Positions 24,026 through 31,866 of a stretch of DNA of 33,649 nt are shown here, in pieces. A program made the position numbers and the translations under genes. The notes beneath the pieces were generated by a model. It made no database searches. It was not told where the DNA came from and worked only from the letters and a program-made list of their open reading frames with translations. Source of the stretch: Bacilli bacterium (GTDB lineage Bacteria; Bacillota_I; Bacilli_A; ML615J-28; CAG-698); NCBI GenBank assembly GCA_035270985.1, contig DATESD010000128.1, positions 1 through 33,649 on the forward strand, given 5' to 3'. How positions within the stretch are numbered: the first letter of the stretch is position 1; every line of letters starts with the position of its first letter.

Positions 24026-26326
24026 ATGAATGATAGTTTAATTAAAGCTAGTCTTTACGCCCGTAAGGAAATGAAAGATGATCCCGCGAATTGCGCTGAA
24101 AAGCGTTGGCAAGAAAAAGATGTAGTAACAAAGAAAATTCTTTATGATGGTCAGAGCTTAGAAAACGTCGTTTTTAATGGCCAAGGTACTGTAGCAATAA
24201 CGGATAAGATTAAGAAAAATAGCGCTAGTAGTTTGTTGATAACAGCTGATACAAAAATTGAAAATATTACACCTCGGCCAAGTTGTGGCGTGATAATAAA
24301 TTTTGAAGAACAAGATTTATCAGCCTATAACCGTGTGTCAGTGTGGATTTATATTGATGCTGTTGGCTATCATAATTTTTATTTTCATTTCACTTTTGGA
24401 AATAATGGTGAAGAAGTACTGCATGCCCCGAGTTTATTACCGAATCAATGGAACCATGTAATTTGGGAAGTGGGACGAGTAAAACGTGATAATGTTAAAA
24501 AAATCTCGATTACACCTTTTTTAATGGGATGTCCACCTGAAGCTGAGCCCACTTTGAAAGTATATATTGATCAAGTAGCAGTGGAAAAAGTTGTTGAAGA
24601 TTATGATTTGGGTTGGCAACTACAAGATAGAATTGCTTATTGTCATAGTGGCTTTTGTTTAAAATCAGAAAAAATTGCTGTTGTCCAAACAACTAGCAGC
24701 GATAAATTTTATATTTACAATTCAGATAAAAAACTAGTGTTTACGGGTAGTCCGCAAACAATAATGAATGATCTAGGTGGATTTAATTTGCTGGATTTTA
24801 CAGCATTAAAAAAAGCTGGCGAGTATTACTTGCAAATTGATAATCGTCAAACTAACCCTTTTATAATTGCGGAAAATCCCTATTTATCATCGATTTGGAA
24901 AAGTTTGAATTTTCTGAGAATGCTAAGATGTGGCGAAGAAGTTATTGGTGTCCATAGTGCTTGCCATTTAAATTGTCGGACAATGCATGAAGATGGACGT
25001 AGTGTTCCTAATTTTGGTGGTTGGCATGATGCTGGTGATGTTTCTCAATTTGAAATATGTACCGCAGAAATGGCTCATGCAATTTTGGATCTTGCGGGAA
25101 AAGTAAAAGCAAAGAACAAAACGCTTTATGAACGACTTTTAGAAGAAGCAAAAGTTGGAATTAATTGGTTATTAAGAACTAGATTTGGGGATGGTAATCG
25201 AGTTTTAGGTGTGACCTATAAAATTTGGCGGGATAATGTTTTAGATCCAACCAATCAAACAGTATATTGTGGTAATGCAGAGAATAGTCCTTTTGAAAAT
25301 TTCTGTGCTGCCGCTGCGGAGGCGGTAGCTTACAATGCATTTAAAGAAGAAGACCCCACATTTGCGGATTGGTGCTTACGCTCAGCAATAGCAGATTTTA
25401 GTGATGGCCAAAAAGGCTATGAAAAGGGTATTTTCTCAAAACGTTGGGGTTCAAGCATTGTCGCTCAAGCATCTGGTGAGGGTGCTCTTGTGGCTGCGGA
25501 ATTGTATGCAATCACTAAAGATGAAAAGTATTTAACAATAGGTATTAAATATGCTGGTGATGTTCTTTCTTGCCAACAACAAGTTTATCTACCGAGTGAT
25601 AAACCATTACGAGGTTTCTTTTACGAAGATCCTGAGCATCAATATATTTTAGCTTATGAGCACCGTGGTCACGAACAAACACCGATTCAAGGTTTAGTTC
25701 GTTTATGTGAGGTGGCTCCTAAGGACATAAATTATCCAAACTGGAAAAAAGGCTTAGAATTATATGCTGAGTATATTCTGGGCACATGTGATTTAGTTTC
25801 TCCATACAACTTGTTGCCAGGTCATGTTTATGATTTAAATAAAATAAATATTGAGCATTTTACAATTAATCGTACAAGTGGAAATCCAGAAAAAGCCTTA
25901 GAAATTCTTAAGTCGCAAATTAGGACAGGAATTAAAATAACAGAAGATATATATATAAGGAGAATGCCAATTGCCGTTTCACGAAGAGGCTTTCATGCTA
26001 CCCTTTTAAGTAAAACTAAAGCTGTTTCGCTAATCGCTGAACTATTTAATAGTGATAAATTACGGCAAGTAGTAACTAATCAACTGGAATGGGTGTTAGG
26101 AAAAAATCCTTTCGCATCTTCGACGATGTATGGTGAAGGATATAATTATCATCCACTCTATGTAGCTTTTTCTGATCAAATTGTTGGGTCTTTACCTGTG
26201 GGCATAAAAACGTATGAAGATATTGATGCTCCCTATTGGCCAACTATAAATAATGCAGTTTACAAAGAAATATGGGGACATACTACGGGTAAGTTCTTAT
26301 GGGTTATTAGTGATTTGATTAAGTAA
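24026..26326 (+). CDS. Glycoside hydrolase family 9-like protein: N-terminal jelly-roll/CBM-like domain, then a CelD_N-type Ig-like domain, then an (alpha/alpha)6 catalytic domain. No signal peptide, so probably cytoplasmic.
   Basis: GGWHDAGD motif at 25016-25039 (the GH9 DAGD catalytic-base motif). The Ig-like segment is ...IAYCHSGFCLKSEKIAVVQT...FYIYN...LLDFTALKKAGEYYLQIDN..TNPFII. EHRGHE and a C-terminal YKEIW may correspond to the GH9 HHR and NEVA motifs. The ATG at 24026 is preceded by GGAGG. Confidence 0.7.
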   Translation: MNDSLIKASLYARKEMKDDPANCAEKRWQEKDVVTKKILYDGQSLENVVFNGQGTVAITDKIKKNSASSLLITADTKIENITPRPSCGVIINFEEQDLSAYNRVSVWIYIDAVGYHNFYFHFTFGNNGEEVLHAPSLLPNQWNHVIWEVGRVKRDNVKKISITPFLMGCPPEAEPTLKVYIDQVAVEKVVEDYDLGWQLQDRIAYCHSGFCLKSEKIAVVQTTSSDKFYIYNSDKKLVFTGSPQTIMNDLGGFNLLDFTALKKAGEYYLQIDNRQTNPFIIAENPYLSSIWKSLNFLRMLRCGEEVIGVHSACHLNCRTMHEDGRSVPNFGGWHDAGDVSQFEICTAEMAHAILDLAGKVKAKNKTLYERLLEEAKVGINWLLRTRFGDGNRVLGVTYKIWRDNVLDPTNQTVYCGNAENSPFENFCAAAAEAVAYNAFKEEDPTFADWCLRSAIADFSDGQKGYEKGIFSKRWGSSIVAQASGEGALVAAELYAITKDEKYLTIGIKYAGDVLSCQQQVYLPSDKPLRGFFYEDPEHQYILAYEHRGHEQTPIQGLVRLCEVAPKDINYPNWKKGLELYAEYILGTCDLVSPYNLLPGHVYDLNKINIEHFTINRTSGNPEKALEILKSQIRTGIKITEDIYIRRMPIAVSRRGFHATLLSKTKAVSLIAELFNSDKLRQVVTNQLEWVLGKNPFASSTMYGEGYNYHPLYVAFSDQIVGSLPVGIKTYEDIDAPYWPTINNAVYKEIWGHTTGKFLWVISDLIK

Positions 26327-26343
26327 ATGTTTTGTAAAACCAA

Positions 26344-26372
26344 TGGAATTTCATTTTCATTTGTGATATAAT
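26344..26372 (+). promoter_or_regulatory. Extended -10 promoter for the rnf operon.
   Basis: TGaTATAAT (-10 at 26367-26372) with a weak -35 TGGAAT (26344-26349) and a 17-nt spacer. Confidence 0.45.
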
Positions 26373-26400
26373 ATTTAAACGTAAATTATGGAGGCTCAAT

Positions 26401-27702
26401 ATGATTTTTTCGAAAATAAAAGGTGTTTATATAAGTGAACATAAAGGACATAAAGAACTTTCTTCCTCAACTCCATATGTCGAGTATTTAACTCCGGAGT
26501 ATGTTTATATTTTTCTTTCCGAGCAAGGTAGCCCTTGTGAGGCGTTGGTAAAAGTAGGAGATAAAGTAAAATTCGGGCAATTAATTGCGATGAAATCGGG
26601 AAGATTTCCTTCGCCGATTCATTCATCGGTAAGCGGTGAAGTCGTAGCCATTGACAGTAAAATGTGGCATTCTTCAGGGAAGATGATTCCCACAATTCAA
26701 ATTAAGAATGATTTTTTAGAAACTAAAGATGAAAGTATCAAGGAAAATGATGTTTCTGAGTTTACTAAAGAAGATATTATTGAAAAAATTAAAGCTTGTG
26801 GAATTGTTGGTTTAGGTGGAAGCGGCTTTCCGGCATATGTAAAGTATATTGGAAAAGATAAAGTTAATACAGTCATAATTAATGCTGTAGAATGCGAACC
26901 GTATATTAGTGATAATTATATGATTATGAACAATCAAATGGACGAATTAATTTTAGGAATAAAATATATAATGCGAGCCGTTGAAGCAGCTAATGCTGTT
27001 ATTGCTATTAAAAAGAACAAGGTTGAATTAATTGAAAAAATGCGCCCATATTTTGATGCTGAGCCAGAAATTAGCATGTTTTTAGTAAAAGATGAATATC
27101 CTGCTGGGTGGGAGAAATATTTAGTACAAAAAATTATGAAGAAGAATTATAATACACTTCCTTGTGAGGCTGGTGCGATTGTCAATAATGCGGCAACAGC
27201 ATTAGCAATTTATAAAGCCGTTAGACATGGCATTCCCCTTGTTGAAAAAATGGTAACTATTTCTGGTCGCGGCCTTAATGATCCAAAAAATGTTTACCTA
27301 AAAATAGGAACTAAATTAAATGATGTTGTTAAATTTATTGGTGGCTATATTCCTGACTTGGGAGAGGCATATTTTATCGCTGGTGGTCCAATGTCAGGGA
27401 AAAGCATTCCTTTTGATTCATTAGTAGTAAACCGTTCTTTAACAAGTGTTGTTGTTATGCCTAAATTAATTGATGATACTGTTTATAGTTGCTTAGGCTG
27501 TGGTAAATGTGTTGAAAATTGTCCAGCATTTTTATCGCCAGTGCAAATTAAGAACGCCTTAGATGCTGGAGATACAGATTTATTGCGTGAATATCATGCT
27601 GAGAAGTGTGTGCAATGCGGATTGTGTTCATATATTTGTCCATCGAGGATTGAATTAACAGAGAGTGTCAGTAAAGCGAAAGCTCTACTGATGAAGAGGT
27701 AG
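26401..27702 (+). CDS. rnfC: Rnf electron-transport complex subunit C (NADH/FMN-binding; 2x[4Fe-4S]).
   Basis: GLGGSGFP motif and an SLBB region. Two ferredoxin motifs: CLGCGKCVENCP and CVQCGLCSYICP. Confidence 0.93.
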   Translation: MIFSKIKGVYISEHKGHKELSSSTPYVEYLTPEYVYIFLSEQGSPCEALVKVGDKVKFGQLIAMKSGRFPSPIHSSVSGEVVAIDSKMWHSSGKMIPTIQIKNDFLETKDESIKENDVSEFTKEDIIEKIKACGIVGLGGSGFPAYVKYIGKDKVNTVIINAVECEPYISDNYMIMNNQMDELILGIKYIMRAVEAANAVIAIKKNKVELIEKMRPYFDAEPEISMFLVKDEYPAGWEKYLVQKIMKKNYNTLPCEAGAIVNNAATALAIYKAVRHGIPLVEKMVTISGRGLNDPKNVYLKIGTKLNDVVKFIGGYIPDLGEAYFIAGGPMSGKSIPFDSLVVNRSLTSVVVMPKLIDDTVYSCLGCGKCVENCPAFLSPVQIKNALDAGDTDLLREYHAEKCVQCGLCSYICPSRIELTESVSKAKALLMKR

Positions 27703-27706
27703 CATA

Positions 27707-29518
27707 ATGACTGAACAGAGAAGATTTTTATTAGGTAAAGAACCTTTTATTCGTAAAGCTGATAGTCCTAAATATGGTACTGATGTTATAATGGGTGATT
27801 TGATGAAGGCGTTAATTCCCCTTATTTTATTTGGGTGGATTAAGAATGGCTTACTGCCATATATTAACCTAGCAAATGTATCGTTTTGGACAATGATTAA
27901 GCCACTTGCCTTTGTTTTTATCGGTGGCTTTACTTGTTGGCTATTAGAATTCATTGCTTATAAATACTTTTTCAAAGAAAAAAAACCATTATATAAAGTA
28001 AAAAATTCTTTTGCTCCGATACCAGGAATAATTCTTGCGATGATGTTGTCAGTCAACACACCAATTTGGGTTTTGATTATTGGATGTTTTTTTGCTACTA
28101 TTGTGGGAAAAATATTGTTTGGTGGCTTCGGCTATAATATTTTTAATCCAGCCCTAGTTGGCTATTTATTTGTTGGTGTTGCTTATTATGGCGTTATTAT
28201 AAAAAATGGTGGTTTTGCTAATCCTATGGAAGTAGAGATTATGGCTGGGGTTACGCCAATGGCTAATTTTGCTAGTAATCCTCTAGCGAGTATTGATGTC
28301 TTAGTGGGATCTTATGGTTCTTTAGGCGATTTTTTCCTGGGAACTGTTCCTGGCTCGCTAGCGGAAACAAGTGCTTTACTATGCATTATTTCATTTATTT
28401 TTTTAGTTATTAGAAAAGTAATTAGATGGCAGGTCCCAGTTATTTACGTGGGCACTGTCTTCGTTCTAACATATATTATCGGAGCCTTTAATGGTTATGC
28501 TCTAGATCTACGATATGCCTTATTTAGCATATTTAGTGGAGCATTAATGTTTGGTGCTGTTTTCATGGCAACTGAACCAGTGACTACGCCAAGAACTCCT
28601 AATGGAAAAGTTATTTTCGCGTTGGGATTAGGTGTCCTAACGGTTTTATTTAGATATATGAGTAATATGCCCGAGGGTGTTGCTAGTGCAATTATGGTTA
28701 TGAATCTTTTTACTGTAATTATTGATCGAATTGCCGCTAAAGCACGAGTAGAAAATAAAAAGTCGAAAGTAGCTTTAAATTATGGAATTATTGCTTTAAT
28801 ACTAATCGGGATAAGTAGTTATCCAATTATTGCTTACGCTAATACGGTAACTTTTACTCCTGAAGATGTTGTTATTGCCGGCGTGAAACAAGATTTTATT
28901 AGTAAAAATTTCATTTACACAACATATGTAGGCAATAGAAAAGCAATTGTGACTGTTGATTTAGAAGGAAATATCATCGATGTTAGCAATCAAAAATATA
29001 ATTCAACTGAGTATTTAAATGCTTATGAACAGAAAATTGCTGTTTATGAAGCTAAAAATTATGCTAAGTATCCGTATTTAACTGATGTTACTGCAGTAGG
29101 TGATAATACTATCTTAACTATAATTGCTCGCCGACCGTCTAATTACGCTAAAGCTGTTACCTTCCTTGTTACTTTCAACAAACAAGGAAAGCTTGTTGAG
29201 TTTTCGGCGGACCCGGTAGCTTTACAATCCGATAAAAATACAGTCTACCTGCCGATTAATGGTCTTTATCCTGAAGATATTTTACCAGCAGATATAATAA
29301 TTAATCAAGGAAATTTGGCTAATGTTGAAATAATTGCAACAGCTACGCAAACAACGGTTTTATTTATAGGTGTGGCAGAATTTGCCTTAAATTATATCAG
29401 CCATTTGAATTTTGATGCTAATGGGATGATTACTAACATTATTCCTCTAAGTAATACTGCAATGTTTAATTTTATGATTAGCAAATTAGCGTTGGGGTTA
29501 TTTGGGGAGGTAAGATGA
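27707..29518 (+). CDS. rnfD: Rnf subunit D (NqrB-like) with a C-terminal extension of about 260 aa.
   Basis: The polytopic core carries the flavinylation motif SGALMFGAVFMATEPVTTP. Canonical RnfD homology ends around aa 345, but the ORF continues to aa 603 (see findings). Confidence 0.9.
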   Translation: MTEQRRFLLGKEPFIRKADSPKYGTDVIMGDLMKALIPLILFGWIKNGLLPYINLANVSFWTMIKPLAFVFIGGFTCWLLEFIAYKYFFKEKKPLYKVKNSFAPIPGIILAMMLSVNTPIWVLIIGCFFATIVGKILFGGFGYNIFNPALVGYLFVGVAYYGVIIKNGGFANPMEVEIMAGVTPMANFASNPLASIDVLVGSYGSLGDFFLGTVPGSLAETSALLCIISFIFLVIRKVIRWQVPVIYVGTVFVLTYIIGAFNGYALDLRYALFSIFSGALMFGAVFMATEPVTTPRTPNGKVIFALGLGVLTVLFRYMSNMPEGVASAIMVMNLFTVIIDRIAAKARVENKKSKVALNYGIIALILIGISSYPIIAYANTVTFTPEDVVIAGVKQDFISKNFIYTTYVGNRKAIVTVDLEGNIIDVSNQKYNSTEYLNAYEQKIAVYEAKNYAKYPYLTDVTAVGDNTILTIIARRPSNYAKAVTFLVTFNKQGKLVEFSADPVALQSDKNTVYLPINGLYPEDILPADIIINQGNLANVEIIATATQTTVLFIGVAEFALNYISHLNFDANGMITNIIPLSNTAMFNFMISKLALGLFGEVR

Positions 29519-30066
29519 TGAAGAATATGCCGAAAACAATAAAATATAGTTTGTCTTTAGTTATCCTAGGAATTATCGCTGGCGTCTTATTAGCTTATGT
29601 TAATTCAATTACCGCACCGATAATTACCGCTCGTGAAGAGGCTGAGTTAAAAGAAGTACTAGAATCTTATTTTGTATGTGATAAATTCAGTGATGTAACT
29701 GCTGATTATGAGTTAGATAAAGGGATTGAAAAAGTTTATTTTGGATATATCGATAATGTACTTTCTCTTGTAATATATCAAGCCTCAGCTAATGGCTACG
29801 CCGGAAAGGTTACTTCTTTGGTGGGAATTGATTTGTCTACTGATAAAATAGTAGATGTTCCTGTTGCTAATGCTGATAGTGAAACAAGTGGTATTGGTTC
29901 ATTGGTTGTTGGCCATGACTTCGGCCTTGCTGGTAAAAATATTGGTGATTACGAATTTGAAGTTATTGCTGGGGCAACTGTTTCTTCCAAAGCGGTTAAA
30001 AATAGTTTAGAGACAGCGATAAATCATTACCTGAAAAACAAAGATCTTTTTGTGAAGGGCTCTTAG
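29515..30066 (+). CDS. rnfG: Rnf subunit G (NqrC-like FMN_bind domain).
   Basis: N-terminal TM anchor, then GYAGKVTSLVGIDLSTDKIVDV...SETSGIG and the flavinylation motif IAGATVSSKAV. ATGA overlap with rnfD. Confidence 0.9.
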   Translation: MMKNMPKTIKYSLSLVILGIIAGVLLAYVNSITAPIITAREEAELKEVLESYFVCDKFSDVTADYELDKGIEKVYFGYIDNVLSLVIYQASANGYAGKVTSLVGIDLSTDKIVDVPVANADSETSGIGSLVVGHDFGLAGKNIGDYEFEVIAGATVSSKAVKNSLETAINHYLKNKDLFVKGS

Positions 30067-30075
30067 GTGATAGGG

Positions 30076-30705
30076 ATGACAAAATTACAAAATTTTACCA
30101 AAGGGATAATTAAAGAAAACCCTATTTTAGTTTCTGTCCTTGGACTTTGTCCGACATTAGCGATTACGATATCGGTTGAGAATGCCTTAGGCATGGGAAT
30201 TGCTATTTTATTCGTCTTAACATTTTCCAATTTAATAATATCTTTAATTAGAAATATTGTTCCTAATGAAATAAGAATTCCAATGTTTATTGTTGTTATT
30301 GCTACTTTAGTGACTTTAGTTGATATGTTGATGGGAGCATTTTTACCAGCCTTGCATAAAAGTTTAGGAATTTTTATTCCTTTAATCGTTGTTAATTGTA
30401 TTATTTTAGGAAGGGCAGAAGCATATGCTTCCAAAAATAAACCTTTAGACAGCGTTATTGATGGCGTGGGAATGGCACTTGGCTACACAGCTGTACTAGT
30501 TGTTATCTCTTTCTTACGAGAATTTATGGCTAGTGGAGCCATTACAATATGGGGCAATTTAAAATTGGATTTAAATGCTGATCGATCAGCGCAAATATTT
30601 ACAAGTTTCTTTACTAGTCCGGCGGGAGCGTTTATTGTTCTAGGATTAATCTTAGGAATTGTTGCAGCCCTGCGTAATAGGAAAACCGAGGTGAAAAAGC
30701 AATGA
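30076..30705 (+). CDS. rnfE: Rnf subunit E.
   Basis: NPILVSVLGLCPTLAIT...ALGMG..., IRIPMFIVVIATLVT and GIFIPLIVVNCIILGRAEAYAS match RnfE/NqrD. The start could be the ATG at 30076 or the GTG at 30067. Confidence 0.92.
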   Translation: MTKLQNFTKGIIKENPILVSVLGLCPTLAITISVENALGMGIAILFVLTFSNLIISLIRNIVPNEIRIPMFIVVIATLVTLVDMLMGAFLPALHKSLGIFIPLIVVNCIILGRAEAYASKNKPLDSVIDGVGMALGYTAVLVVISFLREFMASGAITIWGNLKLDLNADRSAQIFTSFFTSPAGAFIVLGLILGIVAALRNRKTEVKKQ

Positions 30706-31277
30706 AAGAAATCTTAAGTCTTGCTTTTAGTGCTATATTAATTCAAAATGTTCTCTTATCACGTTTCTTAGGAATTTGTCCATTCATGGGTGTTTCTAGC
30801 AAGCGTTCATCGGCTGTGGGAATGGGATTAGCTGTTGTGTTTGTTATTACTTTATCTAGTGTAATTTCTTGGGCTTTGTACAATTATGTTTTGGTAGCCT
30901 TTGAAATGACTTATATGAAAACTATTATTTTTATATTAGTAATTGCTTCTTTAGTACAAATAATTGAGATGTTTATCAAAAAAATATCACCTGCTCTTTA
31001 TAAGAGCTTGGGAATTTATTTGCCTTTGATTACGACTAACTGCGCTGTTTTAGGAATGGCGACAATTGTTGGCAGTGAGGAATATACGTTTCTAACAGCA
31101 CTTGTCTTTTCGTTTGCATCAGCAGTTGGCTTTTTATTAGTAATGTATATTTTCTCAACTTTACGCGAGAGAATTGATAATGGCAATGTCCCGAAACCCT
31201 TTAAAGGGGTTCCGATTGCGCTAATAACAGCCGGAATTATGGCGATGATATTTGCAAAATTTGCGGGGGTGATTTAA
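30702..31277 (+). CDS. rnfA: Rnf subunit A.
   Basis: NVLLSRFLGICPFMGVS and GIYLPLITTNCAVLG match RnfA/NqrE. ATGA overlap with rnfE. Confidence 0.93.
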   Translation: MKEILSLAFSAILIQNVLLSRFLGICPFMGVSSKRSSAVGMGLAVVFVITLSSVISWALYNYVLVAFEMTYMKTIIFILVIASLVQIIEMFIKKISPALYKSLGIYLPLITTNCAVLGMATIVGSEEYTFLTALVFSFASAVGFLLVMYIFSTLRERIDNGNVPKPFKGVPIALITAGIMAMIFAKFAGVI

Positions 31278-31278
31278 G

Positions 31279-31593
31279 ATGGCCTTAAGTTTTTTCTCGC
31301 AATACGTACTGCCACCACTATTATTAGCTGGTGTAGGAGCAATTTTTGGAGTGTTAATAGCAGTTTTTTCTAAAGTTTTCTTTGTAAAAGTTGATGAAAG
31401 AGTTGAAAAAGTAACGGAATTATTGCCAGGTTATAATTGTGGTGCTTGTGGAATGCCTGGATGTCGTGGTCTTGCGGAAAAAATAGTCAGTGGCGAGAAA
31501 ACAGCAGTTGATTGCAAACCGATAAAAGCATTAGGCATTGACCAAATTCGTCAATATTTAGCGGAGGCTAATGCCAAACAAACAAACAAATAA
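31279..31593 (+). CDS. rnfB: Truncated-type Rnf subunit B: TM anchor plus only the N-terminal Cx2Cx4Cx16C Fe-S domain.
   Basis: 104 aa. An N-terminal TM helix is followed by LLPGYNCGACGMPGCRGLAEKIVSGEKTAVDCKPI, the RnfB N-terminal Fe-S motif. The ORF ends before any ferredoxin-type CxxCxxCxxxCP motif, and a terminator follows. Confidence 0.8.
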   Translation: MALSFFSQYVLPPLLLAGVGAIFGVLIAVFSKVFFVKVDERVEKVTELLPGYNCGACGMPGCRGLAEKIVSGEKTAVDCKPIKALGIDQIRQYLAEANAKQTNK

Positions 31594-31605
31594 ATAATAT
31601 TAGAA

Positions 31606-31650
31606 AAAACCTCCTTTTGCTTGTTATTAGCGTGGAGGTTTTATCTTCTT
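31606..31650 (+). terminator. Terminator after the rnf operon.
   Basis: AAAACCTCC (31606-31614) pairs with GGAGGTTTT (31634-31642) around a 19-nt loop. A T-rich tail follows. Confidence 0.6.
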
Positions 31651-31667
31651 TTGCACTTTTAAGTGGA

Positions 31668-31696
31668 TTGACAAAAAATGTATAATATGATATAAT
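31668..31696 (+). promoter_or_regulatory. Consensus extended -10 promoter with no obvious gene directly downstream.
   Basis: TTGACA (31668-31673), a 17-nt spacer, then TGaTATAAT (-10 at 31691-31696). Confidence 0.55.
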
Positions 31697-31758
31697 ATGC
31701 AAGGATGTTAATCGCAATTTACAGGGGAAAAGAGGATTTTTATTATAGATTTTAATAT

Positions 31759-31788
31759 AAGTTAGAATGTTACTAACTTTTTTATTTG
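31759..31788 (+). terminator. Weak terminator-like hairpin within the glyQS upstream region.
   Basis: AAGTTAG (31759-31765) pairs with CTAACTT (31773-31779) around a 7-nt loop, followed by TTTTTATTT. The stem is all A/T-rich and so marginally stable. Confidence 0.35.
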
Positions 31789-31810
31789 TATAAATCTAAG
31801 ACATTACCCC

Positions 31811-31839
31811 TTTACAAAATTATTTGATTATGGTAATAT
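31811..31839 (+). promoter_or_regulatory. Proximal promoter for glyQS-dnaG.
   Basis: TTTACA (31811-31816), a 17-nt spacer, then TGgTAATAT (-10 at 31834-31839). An AAGGAG RBS lies before the ATG at 31867. Confidence 0.5.
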
Positions 31840-31866
31840 GATATTTATTAGAAAAGGAGCATTATA

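Noticed and set aside
30063-30434. A 123-aa minus-strand ORF overlapping rnfE. Similar antisense ORFs occur at 26396-26695, 27685-27954 and 32230-32851.
   Set aside because: They are antisense shadows of well-supported genes (rnfC, rnfD, rnfE and glyQS) and carry no independent signals.
31651-31866. An expected glycine T-box riboswitch upstream of glyQS.
   Set aside because: No T-box consensus (GGGUGGnACCGCG), no specifier-loop or Stem I motifs, and no antiterminator/terminator alternative could be found by eye. A covariance-model scan is still needed to be sure.
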